NCBI RefSeq assembly: GCF_006345805.1
Contig: NW_021834232.1
Location: 43,836 to 107,835, forward strand
Direction of reading: 5' to 3'
Origin: Octopus sinensis
Lineage: Eukaryota
DNA length: 64,000 nt
Shown here: in pieces, positions 25,250 to 37,989 of the stretch
Numbering within the stretch: the first letter of the stretch is position 1
Layout of the letters: every line of letters starts with the position of its first letter
The notes under the pieces: model-generated
Told to the model about the DNA's origin: nothing
What the model saw: only the letters and a program-made list of their open reading frames with translations
The model's database searches: none
Position numbers and translations under genes: made by a program

Positions 25250-26090
25250 ATACTAAAGTTCATACGAAGTGCTGTGAATTTTATTTTACTGTGAAACGCC
25301 CTATTATCGAACAAATTATAAAAGACTTCGAAATTTGTAAATTTGCTGGGCCGTTAAAAGTATTTTTGATTAAATATACTTAGGTATCCCATTCTAGTTT
25401 CCATGTAACGGCAAAAGTCCAAATGAAAGATTCCAAGCGAATCTTATTGATGTTCGAAGATACAAAGATTTTAACGTCTTTAGGAAAAACCTAAAGACGG
25501 GGGACGACCTGGACGAATTGAGATCACTCGCATACGACAGAGGAAAATGGAAAAAACTAACCTTAAATATCGTTACATTGAGTGTTGCACATGCAGGGCT
25601 ATAAACATTATGGCTTTCGTGAAAGTGCTATAATAATAATTGGATATTAACAATTATTGACATCTACAGCAAATTCATGGTCTGCAAATCCATAAAAATA
25701 AATCTGCCTTTCGGAAAACTTAACATTTACTTCTAGAAGTTGGAAATAAATTTGAAAAATTTTTTGTCAAATTGGATATTGTCAAATTTTACAAACGGAC
25801 AACGGATTGGAATTCAAAAATCAACTGATGGATCAACTATGCGAGAAAATAAAATCAAACATATTTATGGAAGACCAAACAATCCCCAGTCACAAGTTTA
25901 TAAATTTGAAATAAATTAGGGTGCAATTGAGCGCTTTAACCAAACATTGACACGGGATATAATAAAACTGATGGATAAAGAAGGAACTAGAAATTGGAAA
26001 CAATTTTTAGACAAAGTAACTTTTTCCTATAATACGACACACCACTCGGCGATCAATGAACCCCCCTTCAAAAAGTTTAGTTTTTAATCT
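25250..26090 (+). mobile_element. Degenerate Ginger2-like integrase with an RTE 3' fragment (~25478-25640) inserted
   Basis: DVRRYKDFN [RTE DDLDELRSLAYDRGKW...(TAA)n] NWILTIIDIYSKF...DNGLEF...GRPNNPQSQ...IERFNQTL. Confidence 0.72.
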
Positions 26091-26099
26091 CATTCCTCC

Positions 26100-29000
26100 A
26101 GACATAAATTGATCTTATTTTAAAAGAATGAATTTAATGAGATTTAATGATTCGTCCAACTCAGGAGAGTGGATGTCATCTCTTTTGAACTATGTCAAAG
26201 ATCGTCTCAAGCGAGTACCTAGGGGAGGGTGGCCACTTATGGCCAGCTATTTTAATTCTAAATTTGGTAAGAAAAAATCGATATTCGAATTGAAAAAACT
26301 TGCTACTACTTTCCGCGGAAATAATGAAATCACCAAAACTGGACATAATATGAATAGAAAATTACCTGATTTGACACTGTACAACAAATTTTTGAAGAAT
26401 TATTAATTCAAATTGATCAAATAAATCAATACCAATCGAAGAAAGGAAGCAAACAAGAAAGATTCAATCTCAGCATGTAAATCATGAAGTGATTGAAATG
26501 ATTAATAAAGCCCTAATTGAATACACGTCGAATAACATTCCTGCAAGTATTGAGGATATTTCGTCTTTGATATACTCAGCACAATGTGTATATCAACAGA
26601 TATCAAGTAAATTGACATTCAAGTCGAATTGGAAACAAAAAATCCAAAATAAAATTGAATCTTTGATGGAGAATGATCGGTTAATATCAAAGCATTTTAT
26701 GTCCACCACTAAAGATGAGGAAACGAAGAAGAAAGCAGTAGACATTCTCTGCTCCTACAATTATAAGAAGTCTAAAAGGGGGGAGTTTGAGAGAATATCG
26801 TCTACAAAAATGATCAAATCAAAATTCTAAACAAAAAGTTATCAGTTTCAGATTCAAGAAGGCAATATGAATAGATAATAGAAACTTCGAGTTGAACAGA
26901 AGATCGTTCTACAGAAAGCTGAATCCCAATTCTGATAACAAACAAATTGCTGGTTTTGACTCGTCTGAGTGTCTCAAGTTTTGGGGTGATGTTTGGAAGA
27001 AAAGGAAGAAAAGGGATAAAATTGTTTGGCCTTAGAGTGAACAAAAGAGTAACTGGAGTGGAAGATAATGCACCTGACGTTAGCGACGAGTTTATATCAA
27101 ACTTAATTGAGTACCTTCCTAATTGGAAGGCTCCGGGATGTGATGCTGTGTACAATTTCTTTATCAAAAAGCTGGACTCTCTTCACAAATTTCTTTTCCA
27201 AGAGATCAGAAATATTATTAATGGTGTCAGTCAACCACAAGGATGGTTTTACACTGGAATTACATTTTTAATCTCAAAGAAAGCAAACTCTGTTGATCCG
27301 AAGGACCTTAGACCAATTACATGCATGCCGTGCTTATATAAATTGGTCACAAAATGTGTGAACGAAAAAATCGCTGTATATGCTGATACTTACGATCTGA
27401 TAACGGAGTTCCAGTTGGGATCTAAACGCCATTGCCAAGGAGCAAAGGAATTAGCGCTTCTAAATAGACGCGTTAATGAAGTTTATGGAAACAAATATTA
27501 TGTGCATGGATCGACGTAAAGAAAGCTTTTGACTCAGTGAGTCACGAATTTCTTTTTGAAGTTTTGGAAAACTCAGGACTACCTAAATGGATAACGAAAT
27601 TTATGATGTCAATAATTCCTAACTGGAGAGTGTCGTTAAGATTAGGAAAAGAGCTGCTTGGAACAGTAAATATTGATCGTGGTATACTCCAAGGTGACTC
27701 ACTGTCACCACAGTTATTTGTATTGGTCTTGGATCCATTAAGCAGGATTTTATCTTTAAAATATCCGAGTATGTCAATCAATACTGGTGAAGACAAGTCC
27801 TTAACCTTTTCTACCAATCATTTTCTATTCATCGATGATTTGAAGCTTTTTGCTCAGAAGGAAGAGACACTGGCACGCATGATGGAGGATGTGAACATTT
27901 ACTTTAAACTGGCTGGTTTGGAGAAGAATTTTGAGAAATCAGCGACAAATTGTTATTTGTTGAGGAATGAAGCTACATTAATGGATGGACTAGATAGCTA
28001 TCGCTATCTGGGGGTGCTAGAAGACAGATGCAGTAATGTTCTTAAAGACGATGTACTCAAAAATATTAAAGAAGAAATGCAAAAGCGTATTGGAAGACTA
28101 TCGGAAACTAAACTAAATGCAGTCAATCTATTTAGAGCAATTAATGAGCATGCTCTATCGCTGATTAACTATTATATCGGTCTACTCGATCTGGAACCAT
28201 CTTGTTTCGAAGAAATGGACAAGTTTGTCAGAAAGCTGTTGGCTGATTTGAAAATTCACATGAAGCCAGCCTGTAAAGAAAGACTGTATCTGCCAAGAGA
28301 TACACTTGGAAGGGGACTTGTATCAAGCCTTTAAGGCGGGGAAAAATGCTGTTGGACTTCAAAACCAATTTGGAAAGGCGAAAGTTAATCTCCTTGAGAA
28401 AAGCAGCAATTGTGGGGGCCGAACAGAAAAGGAAAACCCATATGGCCACAATCACAGAATTCCTGCATTGTAAATATAGAACAACCACACTCGATGAGAT
28501 TGCTAAATCACTACGTGACTTGCAGATAGAGTCACTGTTGCTTAGTATTAAAAAGAAAAGGTTGCATTCGAAGCTATTTGAGTCGCTTGAGAATAATACT
28601 TTTGATATCCCAACATCTTCAACATGGCTAAAGAAAGGGAATATATCTCCTAAATCTGAGGCAATGTTCTCTTTTCTTCAAGACAGAAACGTCTTTTTCA
28701 GAAACTCTGATGAAAAATGCCCACATTGTAAATCCTCGCCTAAAACCGTGGACCATCTTGCGACGCGATGCAGTAGAATGCTAAATTCAGATTATACCAG
28801 AAGGCATAACGAGATTGTGAGGTGTGTTCACATGCACTTGTGTCGGAGATTTGGAATGAAGAAGTCCAAGAGACTGAAAAACCACTCCGTGCAGTGTATA
28901 ATGTCGAATAGCTCTGCGGAAATTCGGGGTCGATACTACAATTCCAACTGAACTAAAAATACAATATAACAAGCCTGATATATTCCTGTATGACAAGAAG

Positions 29001-29480
29001 GAAAATTTGATATGGATCATTGAAGTGGGTGTTACCTCGATAGATAATTTGAAATCGGTGGAAGTGGAAAAAAAAGCATAAATACGACATTCTAGCCAGT
29101 GAATTACAATTAATTCACAAGGCTAGGTAAAGATTGTACCGATTGTCCTCACGTGGGATGGGATAGTCTCTACATTCTTCAGAAAATATATGGACCTTCT
29201 TAAAATCAAAGAAAGTGTGCAAGCATACATCCAGACTGTTGGTTTGAAAAAAACAATGGAAAGCATGATAGTAGAACACAAATTTGGCTTCGAAAATATG
29301 TCTACCTCAGGTAACTCATTTGACGAAGGACGGAAATCGGTGAAGAAGAGACGGCGACATTCTGTAGTTTCCGCCGATGAAGGAAACAACTCCGAAGTGG
29401 GAACAGATAGCGGAAGAGGATTCCGAGAGTAAACTTGGCGGAGCAAACTAATATGGAAAAGGAAAGTTAATTAGTTAATT
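26100..29480 (+). mobile_element. Near-full-length R4/Dong-like RLE non-LTR retrotransposon, frameshifted
   Basis: WKAPGCD, RPITCMPCLYK, QGDSLSP, FIDDLK (RT); CPHC..TVDHLATRC..RRHN (CCHC); KPDI..IEV..K..KY (RLE). Confidence 0.9.
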
Positions 29481-29731
29481 AATTAAATTTATTTTAATTT
29501 ATTATTATTGTTCAAAAAAAAAAAATGAGATTTTAATAGGGTCCATTAATCCGGCTAGTCCATGGCTTAGGATGGCGAGAGCAGCTCTCGAACGCCCAGG
29601 AACTGTCCCTCAAAGGCCTCCCTGAGGTCCTAGAGAAGATAATGTCTGGGTGGCAGGTAAGTCTTAATTTGCGGCTGAGAGGTGACCGTATGTGCGGGAC
29701 TGAAAAGCCAGGAATGCCGAAGGTCTTAATA

Positions 29732-29839
29732 TGTGACATGGGCAACGCGTTACGCATGGGCAACCGGTTACATTTTTTGACCTTGTAGATGTCAAAATTA
29801 AATCCTTTGATTATCACAAATATTATTTTTATGGGCCAA
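29732..29839. mobile_element. Left terminus of a Ginger2-like element, interrupted by the Helitron 3' end
   Basis: TGTGACATGGGCAACGCGTTACGCATGGGCAACCGGTTACA, preceded by TAATA. Confidence 0.55.
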
Positions 29840-32200
29840 CTAGCTCGGCAGCTCGCTTCGCTCACCGCGAACTAGCTCCTGCGGAGGGCCTGTTTCATCA
29901 AACAACTATAAGTTTATGTAGATGTATAAAACTACCTGTTTTAATGTAACCCTATTCTATCGCCTGTTGATAAACGATGTTTGTTGTCCGTCCTTCCTTG
30001 GCATATATGAATAAATTTTCTCTTCTGCCTACCCTCGAGCATCCCACATACAGCTGTCCATGTGAAAAGCACTCACTCTCTAAAAATAACCCAACTACCT
30101 TTAATGACTGTCCCTGGGCCTTGTTTATTGTCATTGCAAAACTCATCCTCAAAGGAAATTGCAGCCTTTTAAATCTAAATGGTAATTCATCAGAAATTAT
30201 CGGAATTCGTGGAATATAAACATCCTCACCTCTATACTTACCTGTTAATATCGTCGCCTCTATTACGTTAGCCATTAAATTTTTGATAACTAACCTCGTT
30301 CCGTTGCACAATTTAGGTGGCGCAAGATTTCGTAATAAAACCACTGGAACGCCAATCTTTAATTTTAAAAGATGATTCGGCATTCCAGAGGGATCTAAGG
30401 AGTTTAAAAATTCAACCGGATATTCGCAGGCTCTTTCATGGTCCATAATAACGTCCACCGATTTATATATTCTTTCTTCTCCAGGGATTTTGATTAATAA
30501 ATCTAAATTTATATTAAGTACCTCATCATTTAGCGGAGCTAATATAGCTCGTTCACGAAGCCAGTCGAAATTCCTGTAGTGTTCGGATAGTTCAGAATAT
30601 ACTGAACTGAATAATTCTTCTGCTGTATTCACATATATACATAATTCTTCCGGTAGACTGATTTTCTGATCCTGTATATCTGAAGTAATTGCCCCATTTC
30701 CAATATCTAAAAGGATATTTGGAAATATGCTATTGACGCCTTGTAAATGTGCACGTACATTTACATCTAAGCTTACCTTTTTGACGTGTGTCCACAGGTA
30801 TGACGATTTGAGGCAGGCATTCAATTCATCCGCAGGCGTCCCTCTTTGAATAATTGGCAGAGTTTGTCTAAAATCACCTGCCAATACAACTATTGCTCCA
30901 TCAAACAACAGTTCCTCACAATTCTTGATATCTCTATATGTTCTGTCGACTGCTTCGAATGCGCCCTTATGAGCCATTGTGCATTCATCCCAAACAATTA
31001 ATCTAGAATTCATAATTCTATAACCCGCAACTGAATTTTTTTCACATTACAAACCGGTTCAGTATTGTAAGACAGGTTCAAGGGAATATTGAATGTTGAA
31101 TGTGCTGTTCGACCTCCATCTAAAAGAGTTGCAGCAATTCCAGACGATGCAACTGCTAATGCTATTTGATTGTCGCTTCTCACCTTTGCTAACAATAAAT
31201 TTAGAAGAAAGGTCTTACCTGTATCACCTGGTGCATCAATAAAGATGATAGAACCATTTTCTTCTTGGATGACTCGGTTAATTTCTCTGTATATTTCCAA
31301 CTGCCCAGGTAATAAGCTTTGTTCTCTTTCTTCCACAATTTTTTGAAGTTCTTCTAAATTATAATGCTCATCTAAAGAATTTATATTATGAAGATCACTG
31401 ATTGTTAAACCAAAATCACTTACACTCTTACCTACGACAGATATTAGCAATCTGTCTATCATGATTATGTCTATCATGCGGCTTCTATTAAAGTCTGATT
31501 CCAGTGGTTGTCATCCTCTAAAAGACCTAATTTAAAACAGGCTTCTCTGTATGTTTCGCAGAGTACACCATTGACAGTCCGCAGATCAGTGAATGATTCT
31601 GGCCCTCGAATGTTGTGCAAAAGTAACCTAACACAATAACATTCAAAATTATTTGGATGCACGGTATATACTCTACCCAATGCATCCGTACTTACAATAC
31701 CGTTATGCCCGTTTACTGGCTCTCCTCTAATCCTTCTTTTAAATTTCTTTCCGGCCACTTCCCACGTATAATATCTAGGAACATCAACATAATAAATTGT
31801 CTTCGCAAATTCATCAGTCCGACATAATTCCATGTAGGCCATAAGCGTTGAATTTTTTGGATTCATAACTTGATTAGGGCAGTTTCTTCTGTAAAATATA
31901 TCCTTTGTCTATTTTCCAAGTGCACCGCTAAATGCATTACTAATGGATATCTTTCATGAATCGGATATCCGAAAATTCTCCATGTTCCTTCATTACTGCA
32001 GATGAATCGTCCATGCTGAAAAAAGCTTGGCTCGTCACGCTGCTCAATTGTAAAAATTGCTTGATCCGACCCTTTATTAATGTATTTACATACATATTTA
32101 ATTGATCTAATAGAATTACAAAATTCAACATTAATATGAGCATCAAAAATCTTACATAACAGTGGATAATAAGGCACCACCCACCTGTTGTTAACTGTTA
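29840..32200 (-). mobile_element. Helitron Rep/Pif1-helicase 3' half with CTAG terminus
   Basis: KYVCKYINKGSD, GPESFTDLRTVNG, APGDTGKT, SSGIAATLL.GGRTAHS, WDE, GDFRQ.LP, FAMTINKAQGQSL. 3' end is a GC-rich imperfect hairpin ...GAGCGAAGCGAGCTGCCGAG-CTAG|T at 29840. Confidence 0.9.
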
Positions 32201-32624
32201 TTTCATTTTCTTTTCCTTCTTTAACTTTAAAAGATGATTCGGCATTCCAGAAGGATCAAAGGAGTTTAAAAATTCAATCCGGTTGAATTTTTAGAAAATA
32301 ACAAAAAAAATAAAAAAAACAAATAAAAATAAATAATTTAAAAACAAAAAAAAACTTTAAAAATTTGTAAAATAGAATAAACAAAAAAATCTCTGCCGCC
32401 ACGGCAACAACCTGTCTAATTTTTTTAATAGCCAATTAAGATAATGCTTAAGAGCCTTTATAGTCCGGAGATTTAGCTTAGTGACCTTGATTAGACAAAC
32501 CACTGGCGGAAATGGGGCAGGCGGAAATGGGGCAGGCGCAGATGCAGCAGGCAGAGTAGCAGCAGCCAAAAAAGCGACACACAAAAAAGATTTAATTAAT
32601 TACCTTAAGCTGACCGTTTTTACC

Positions 32625-32875
32625 TTCAGCTTCGTTTTTCCTCCTTCGTTATCTATTTAAAAAATTATTTTTGAATAATAAAAAATATTAGGAAAAAAGA
32701 GGCATACAGAAAATAAATTCTATCTTTACGAAAAACTTCTTTTCTTAAGGTCGTCTTCCCTCCTTCGGTTATCTATTGAAAAAATTATTTTTGAATAATA
32801 AAAAAGTTTAGGAAAAGAGGCATACCGAAAATAAATTCTATCTTTACGAAAAACTTAACTAAATAGTTAATATTT
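32625..32875 (+). repeat. Two ~120-bp tandem copies (also present at ~58265-58495)
   Basis: CTTCC-TCCTTCGGTTATCTATT...GAGGCATAC.GAAAATAAATTCTATCTTTACGAAAAACTT occurs twice. Confidence 0.8.
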
Positions 32876-33042
32876 TTACGCAAATTCTTCTGATTGTGCT
32901 GTCAATTGTGGTAAATTGTGTTAATGATTGTGCTAATGTGGTTTCAACTATCAAAGTGTTTTTCAAAATCTGTTAATTGCACAGTCTATTCAAGGTCGTG
33001 CAATCTGTAATTGCACATTCTGTCAAGTCAAATATGATAATA

Positions 33043-33528
33043 TGTCACATGGGCGACTATGTCGCTATGGGCAGCTTGCCAACGTTAGGGTTTGGGTTAG
33101 GGTTAGATTTTAAATATTTATGTTGTCACTTGCCAACGTTAGGGTTTGGGTTAAGGTTAGGGTTAGATTTTGAATATATTTATGTTGTCACTTGCCAACG
33201 TTAGGGTTTGGGTTAAGGTTAGAGTTAAAGTTGTTACAAACTTTGCAAAAATTTGATGTAATTATAATTTGCTAATGTTGCAATTTATATTATCAAAAAT
33301 AAAAATAAATCACATTATAATTTGCTAATGTTGTAAATAATTTTACTATTTTAAAGCAAGCATGGTTCAAATATAAAACATCATTTTCTCAAAAATTTAA
33401 AGTTCAATCATTAGTTCGTATCTTTTGCCTTTATATTAGTTGGCCTTTTAGTAAATATTTGCTATGTAGTTGCCATGGAAACACGTAAAGGCCAGGTTGC
33501 CCATAGGGGTCTGATCACCCATGTGACA
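33043..33528. mobile_element. Ginger2-type MITE with telomere-like repeats (internally deleted allele)
   Basis: TIR TGTCACATGGG / CCCATGTGACA; 5-bp TSD TAATA; ~3 units of the TTAGGG-variant repeat. Confidence 0.85.
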
Positions 33529-33763
33529 TAATAGCTTTAATTTTGATTCATGGTCGATAATGATAGATGCATTTAATTTTAAAGAGAAAAACATAGGATG
33601 AATTGAATTTCTTTATCGCGAATAATTGGGAGTTCATCATTGTTAATATTCTTGCTGTCGTTTTCATCAAGGATATTCTTAATACGTGAGATTTTTGCCT
33701 CGAAGGTTTTAATGGACCTCATCATGAATGTCGAGGACATTAACGTTGTTCATTTTAATCAAA

Positions 33764-34890
33764 TGCCCCATGTTTCTTTAACCTGAGGGCTCTCGAATCA
33801 TTTGATTTTTCGCTTAAATCTAGCTTGGAGTCCATTTGCAATATTACCCTTGATGAGATCGGTTGGCAACAGGCCACCCTTCCTATAAGCCATGGCGGTA
33901 TTGGTATCCGATCATCTGTCGACCTTTCTATCCCGGCGTACTTATCTTCAGTTAATGCGACCAACGATCTGGTCCAGGAGATTCTCCAATCCGTAACCGA
34001 ATCATCTATGGACACAGAGTCGGTCGCCGCAGAAAGTCGCTGGCAAGGGATGTCTCTGGAAATCCCGGAGAATACACACGCTCAAGGCCAATGGGACCGG
34101 ATCCTCTGCGACCACAAGATGAATAGCCTCAAGCCGAAACTCAATTAACATCGCTTGGCTTGCTTATTGGCCGCCTCGCAACCATATTCTGGTGCATGGC
34201 TTACAGCAATCCCTATGGCGTCAATCGGCACCTTAATGGACAACGACTGTGTAAGGATTTCCGTCTCTCTCCGCCTCGGACTTCCCATTTGCAGAACACA
34301 CCAGTGCCGCTGCGGTATAAGAGTGGACCCATTTGGCCATCATCCCCTCTCCTGCTCACGTAGTGCCGGACGTTTCCCACGACACGCCGCCATCAACGAC
34401 ACCGTGAGCCGTGCCCTAACGACGGCGGGGTTTCCTAATGAGCTCGAACCAGTCGGGCTCGACAGAGGCGACGGTAAGCGCCCGGATGGCATGTCAATCT
34501 TCCCGTTTGAAAAGGGGAAATGCCTTATCTGGGACGCCACCTGTTCCGACACTTTCTCCGCCCAGAATCTAATTGCCTCCGCTGCGGAACCGGGCTCAGT
34601 TGCAAAGCAGGCGGAACTAACAAAACAGAAGAAGTACCGGGTCCTGGCAAAGAATCACCAATTCACTGCAGTCGCGGTGGAAACCTCTGGAGTCATCGGC
34701 CCGCAGACGCTATCGTTTCTCCGCCGCCTTGGATCTAAGCTCGTGGTTGCCACGAAAGATCCCAACGAGTCGATCAGACTCTTTCAAAGGATCTCATTGG
34801 CCATCATGCGCCGGAATTGCCAGTCGATCCGCTGCGCATTTTAACTCTTTTCGTTTATTAACAATAATTATCCAATTTAAAAAAAAAATT
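33764..34890 (+). mobile_element. 5'-truncated CRE-like element, same family as 37990-41100
   Basis: Near-identical to ~39977-41060; RLE motif RPDGMSIFPF..WDATCSDT..VETSG; A-rich tail. Confidence 0.92.
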
Positions 34891-35000
34891 AAAAACAAAT
34901 TAAAATAATTTTGACAATTACTGTGACAGGCAAAATGATAAATTGACATCACTTATAGACTATTTGATTCATTAAACAAGAAATCGTCAAAAAGAACATA

Positions 35001-37786
35001 ATGAGTGAATTAAATAGAAATGATAATAAATTGTTTGAAGGTCAGGACAAAAAATCCAAACCTAAGTCCAACGTCGAGGCGCCCCCGAAGACAATGACCA
35101 AGGCAGAACTTGACAATGTAGTGACCAAAATTCGAGAGTCGCCTCACAGTGAAGAAACCAAGAATACGATGGTTGACTCACTGACAAGTAAAGTCGGGAG
35201 TGCAAATCTCCAAGGATTAACTGACACATTAATTAGCCCAGTGGTTCTCAACCTGGGGTCCGCGAAAGATTCCAGGGGGTCCGCGAGATTTTTCTGAAAC
35301 TTTATTTAAATGTTTCTATTTAATGATAACAATTTTAAATTAATATATAATAGAATTAAATCATAATTAATAATATCTCTTTTAGATATATTATAAATTA
35401 ATATATTTTAATATTCAATAATACTGAGAAGGCTAAATTACTTTAAAGCTGAATGTAACTCAATTATTTATAAAAATCGTATATATATTTATTTTTTAGT
35501 AAAAGTTAATAAAATTTTTAAGCACGCTATTGATATGAATTCCTCGCATGTTATTAAGATACGCAAATATAATCCTGATTATATAAAATATGGGTTTATT
35601 TGTTTTGATAAAAATGGATTTGAAAGCCCAAAATGTGTTGTGTGGATGAAAATTCTGTCACACAATAGCATGAAACCAACAACTCTTGTGAGACACTTGC
35701 GCACATGTCATCCCCATCTAATCCTGGCAAAAACTCGAATTCGCTAAGGGAGATAAGACAGTCTCCCGGGGCAAAATCGAAGTTGAGACCTTCGTGGCTC
35801 TCGTTATCAAGCCCCCTAAGCTCTAATTCCTCGGCCACTTTTCTTTTGGAGCTATTGTATAAATAAACCATATTCTTCTTCTTCATTATTTTATTTCTTT
35901 GCGTAAAATGATGAAAAATCAAGTATTGACTCGTTTCATACAAACTTTGCCTTCTGATAATTCCATGCTATTAGCATCTTACATGATCTCATTACGTATA
36001 GCGAAAGAAAAGAAACCTTATAATATTGCCGAAAAACTGATTCTTCTTTGTTGTAAAGACATAGTACGTACTCTTATTGGCACTCATGCTGAAAATATGA
36101 TTTCGGAAATACCATTATCGAATGATACTGTTCATCGACGAATTTCTGAAATGTCAGAAAATATTAAGTGTCAGGTTATTATTATATTATTTATTTCAGG
36201 TGGTAGAACAAATAAAAACTTCATGCCATCAAAATTTCGCTATACAAGTTGATGAATCCACCGATGTAGCGAACTGTGCTCAATTAATAATATTTACTCG
36301 TTTGTCTATGACGGAGATTTTAAAGAGGAATTTTTATTTTCCTATTCGCTTGAATCGACCACTAAGGAGAAGATATTTTTCAAGCAATTTCTATGTTTTT
36401 TGACAGTGTTGGGTTATCTTGAATAATGTATGTTGTTGCACAACCGATGGAGCTTCAGCAATGCTTGGCTTTCATTCTGGCTTTAGAGGCCAAGTTAGAC
36501 TTGCTAACCAGGAAACGAAACATATGCATTGTATGCTACATCGATATGCACTTGCTGCAAAAACATTACCTTCAGATTTAAGATATGTTCTCGATGATGT
36601 CGTACATATCATAAATTATATTAAAAAGAGTGCTTTAAATTCTCGCATTTTCAGACTTATTTGCGAAGAATTTGAAAAGGATGGAAAGGCTTTGTTATTC
36701 CACACTGAGGTGAGATGGCTATATCGGGGAAACATTCTTGCCAGAGTTTTTTCTTTAAGGAATGAATTATCTGAAAATTTTATTCGCGAAAAAAATTCCA
36801 AATCATCGGAATTTATTTCAATATTAATAAATAGTTCATGGCTATAAATTCACTCAACAAATCGCTTCAGGGAAGACATGAAACAATAATTGATTTTGTG
36901 GATAAAATTAAGTTTGTTAACTGTTTCATATTAATTATTAGTGCTTTTTTGATGAAGTTTTTGATGAAGATGAAATATGTAGGGGGTCCGCGAAATTTTT
37001 CATTTACTCACAAGGGGTCCGCGGACAAAAAAGGTTGAGAACCACTGAATTAGCCAATCAAAGTTGGCCGATGGTTATAGTCTCCCAGGAGAGGAGAACC
37101 ATACATACACGCCGCCCGGTGAGTGGAAAGAACCGAGCAAGTATTACAACGAGGTAGTGAAGCGAGTCTACACGCCGACTCACAACGAGGTAGCGAAAAA
37201 TCAGATGAACAAAGGCGATTATGCCTTAAAGGTTTTCAAGCGCTCGATGGACCGCGCTGAAGGGACACCTCTAGGAACAAAGCTCCAGACTCTTTTCCCT
37301 TGGTTCCGAGATGTTGTTGTGGGAAAACAACTATCTTATATTTACCCCACCTAGTCTGTCAGTGAGGTGGATGCGGTTTTTTTCGAAATGATAAAATCCC
37401 TTAGTGAGCCAGCTCTTCGATCATTTGATCGCTATCTTGGGAAACGGACTCAAGAGGACTATGTTCTATGGCAGAGAAACTGTATAACTCGAGTACCAAA
37501 TGACACCAATATAGATCTATCAAAGGTCACGAAGAGTGTGAAAGAAATGTATAAGAAAGGCGGGACAGATATAGTTGAGCCCAATCGGAAAGCTCTAGAA
37601 CATTCTTGTGCCCGGATCGTACGTCGTAATTTCCACGTCGCCAAAGACACCTCTGACCGCAAAAGAATATCTGTGAAGAAAGTAAGCGAGTCCATATGTT
37701 ATCAGCTCTTGATTAAAATTGGTTTTGGTTCTTACACCCCTTGGTTTTTCTCTCGTGTTCAACAAGAAATACAATTGAAAAATTGA
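35001..37786 (+). pseudogene. Orphan protein gene (~310 aa) split by a hAT insertion
   Basis: Removing 35239-37055 fuses ...GLTDTLIS to QSKLADGYSLPG... in frame. A 36-nt GT-AG intron ending at 37354 links to the 37355-37786 frame. No family recognised. Confidence 0.62.
35239..37047 (+). mobile_element. hAT (Charlie/Buster/SPIN-like) element, degenerate, with micro-introns
   Basis: TIR CAGTGGTTCTCAACC / GGTTGAGAACCACTG; 8-bp TSD AATTAGCC. Motifs YIKYGF, LSNDTV.RRI, Q.DESTD, TTDGASAM, HC..HR.ALA, HTEVRWL. Introns at 36175-36199 and 36912-36941. Confidence 0.93.
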
Positions 37787-37989
37787 TAAAAATGCAATAT
37801 GACAAAAATAGGGATAAATAAGATGAAAATTACAAAGAAAATAATAGTAGTTCAGAAATTTCAAGGTATGTAAAATAAAACAGATCAAGGAAATAAAATC
37901 GGACAATATCACAAAAAGGATGGAATTTCAGATAACTTAATCATTAAAAGAAATTACATCACGAATTATTCCCTTTAAATCCAAATTAA

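Larger units (their letters stand above)
30530..34330 (+). repeat. Segmental duplication, copy 1 (copy 2 at 56186-64000)
   Basis: Near-identical Helitron piece, AT-rich spacer, MITE and CRE fragment in the same order and orientation. Confidence 0.92.
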
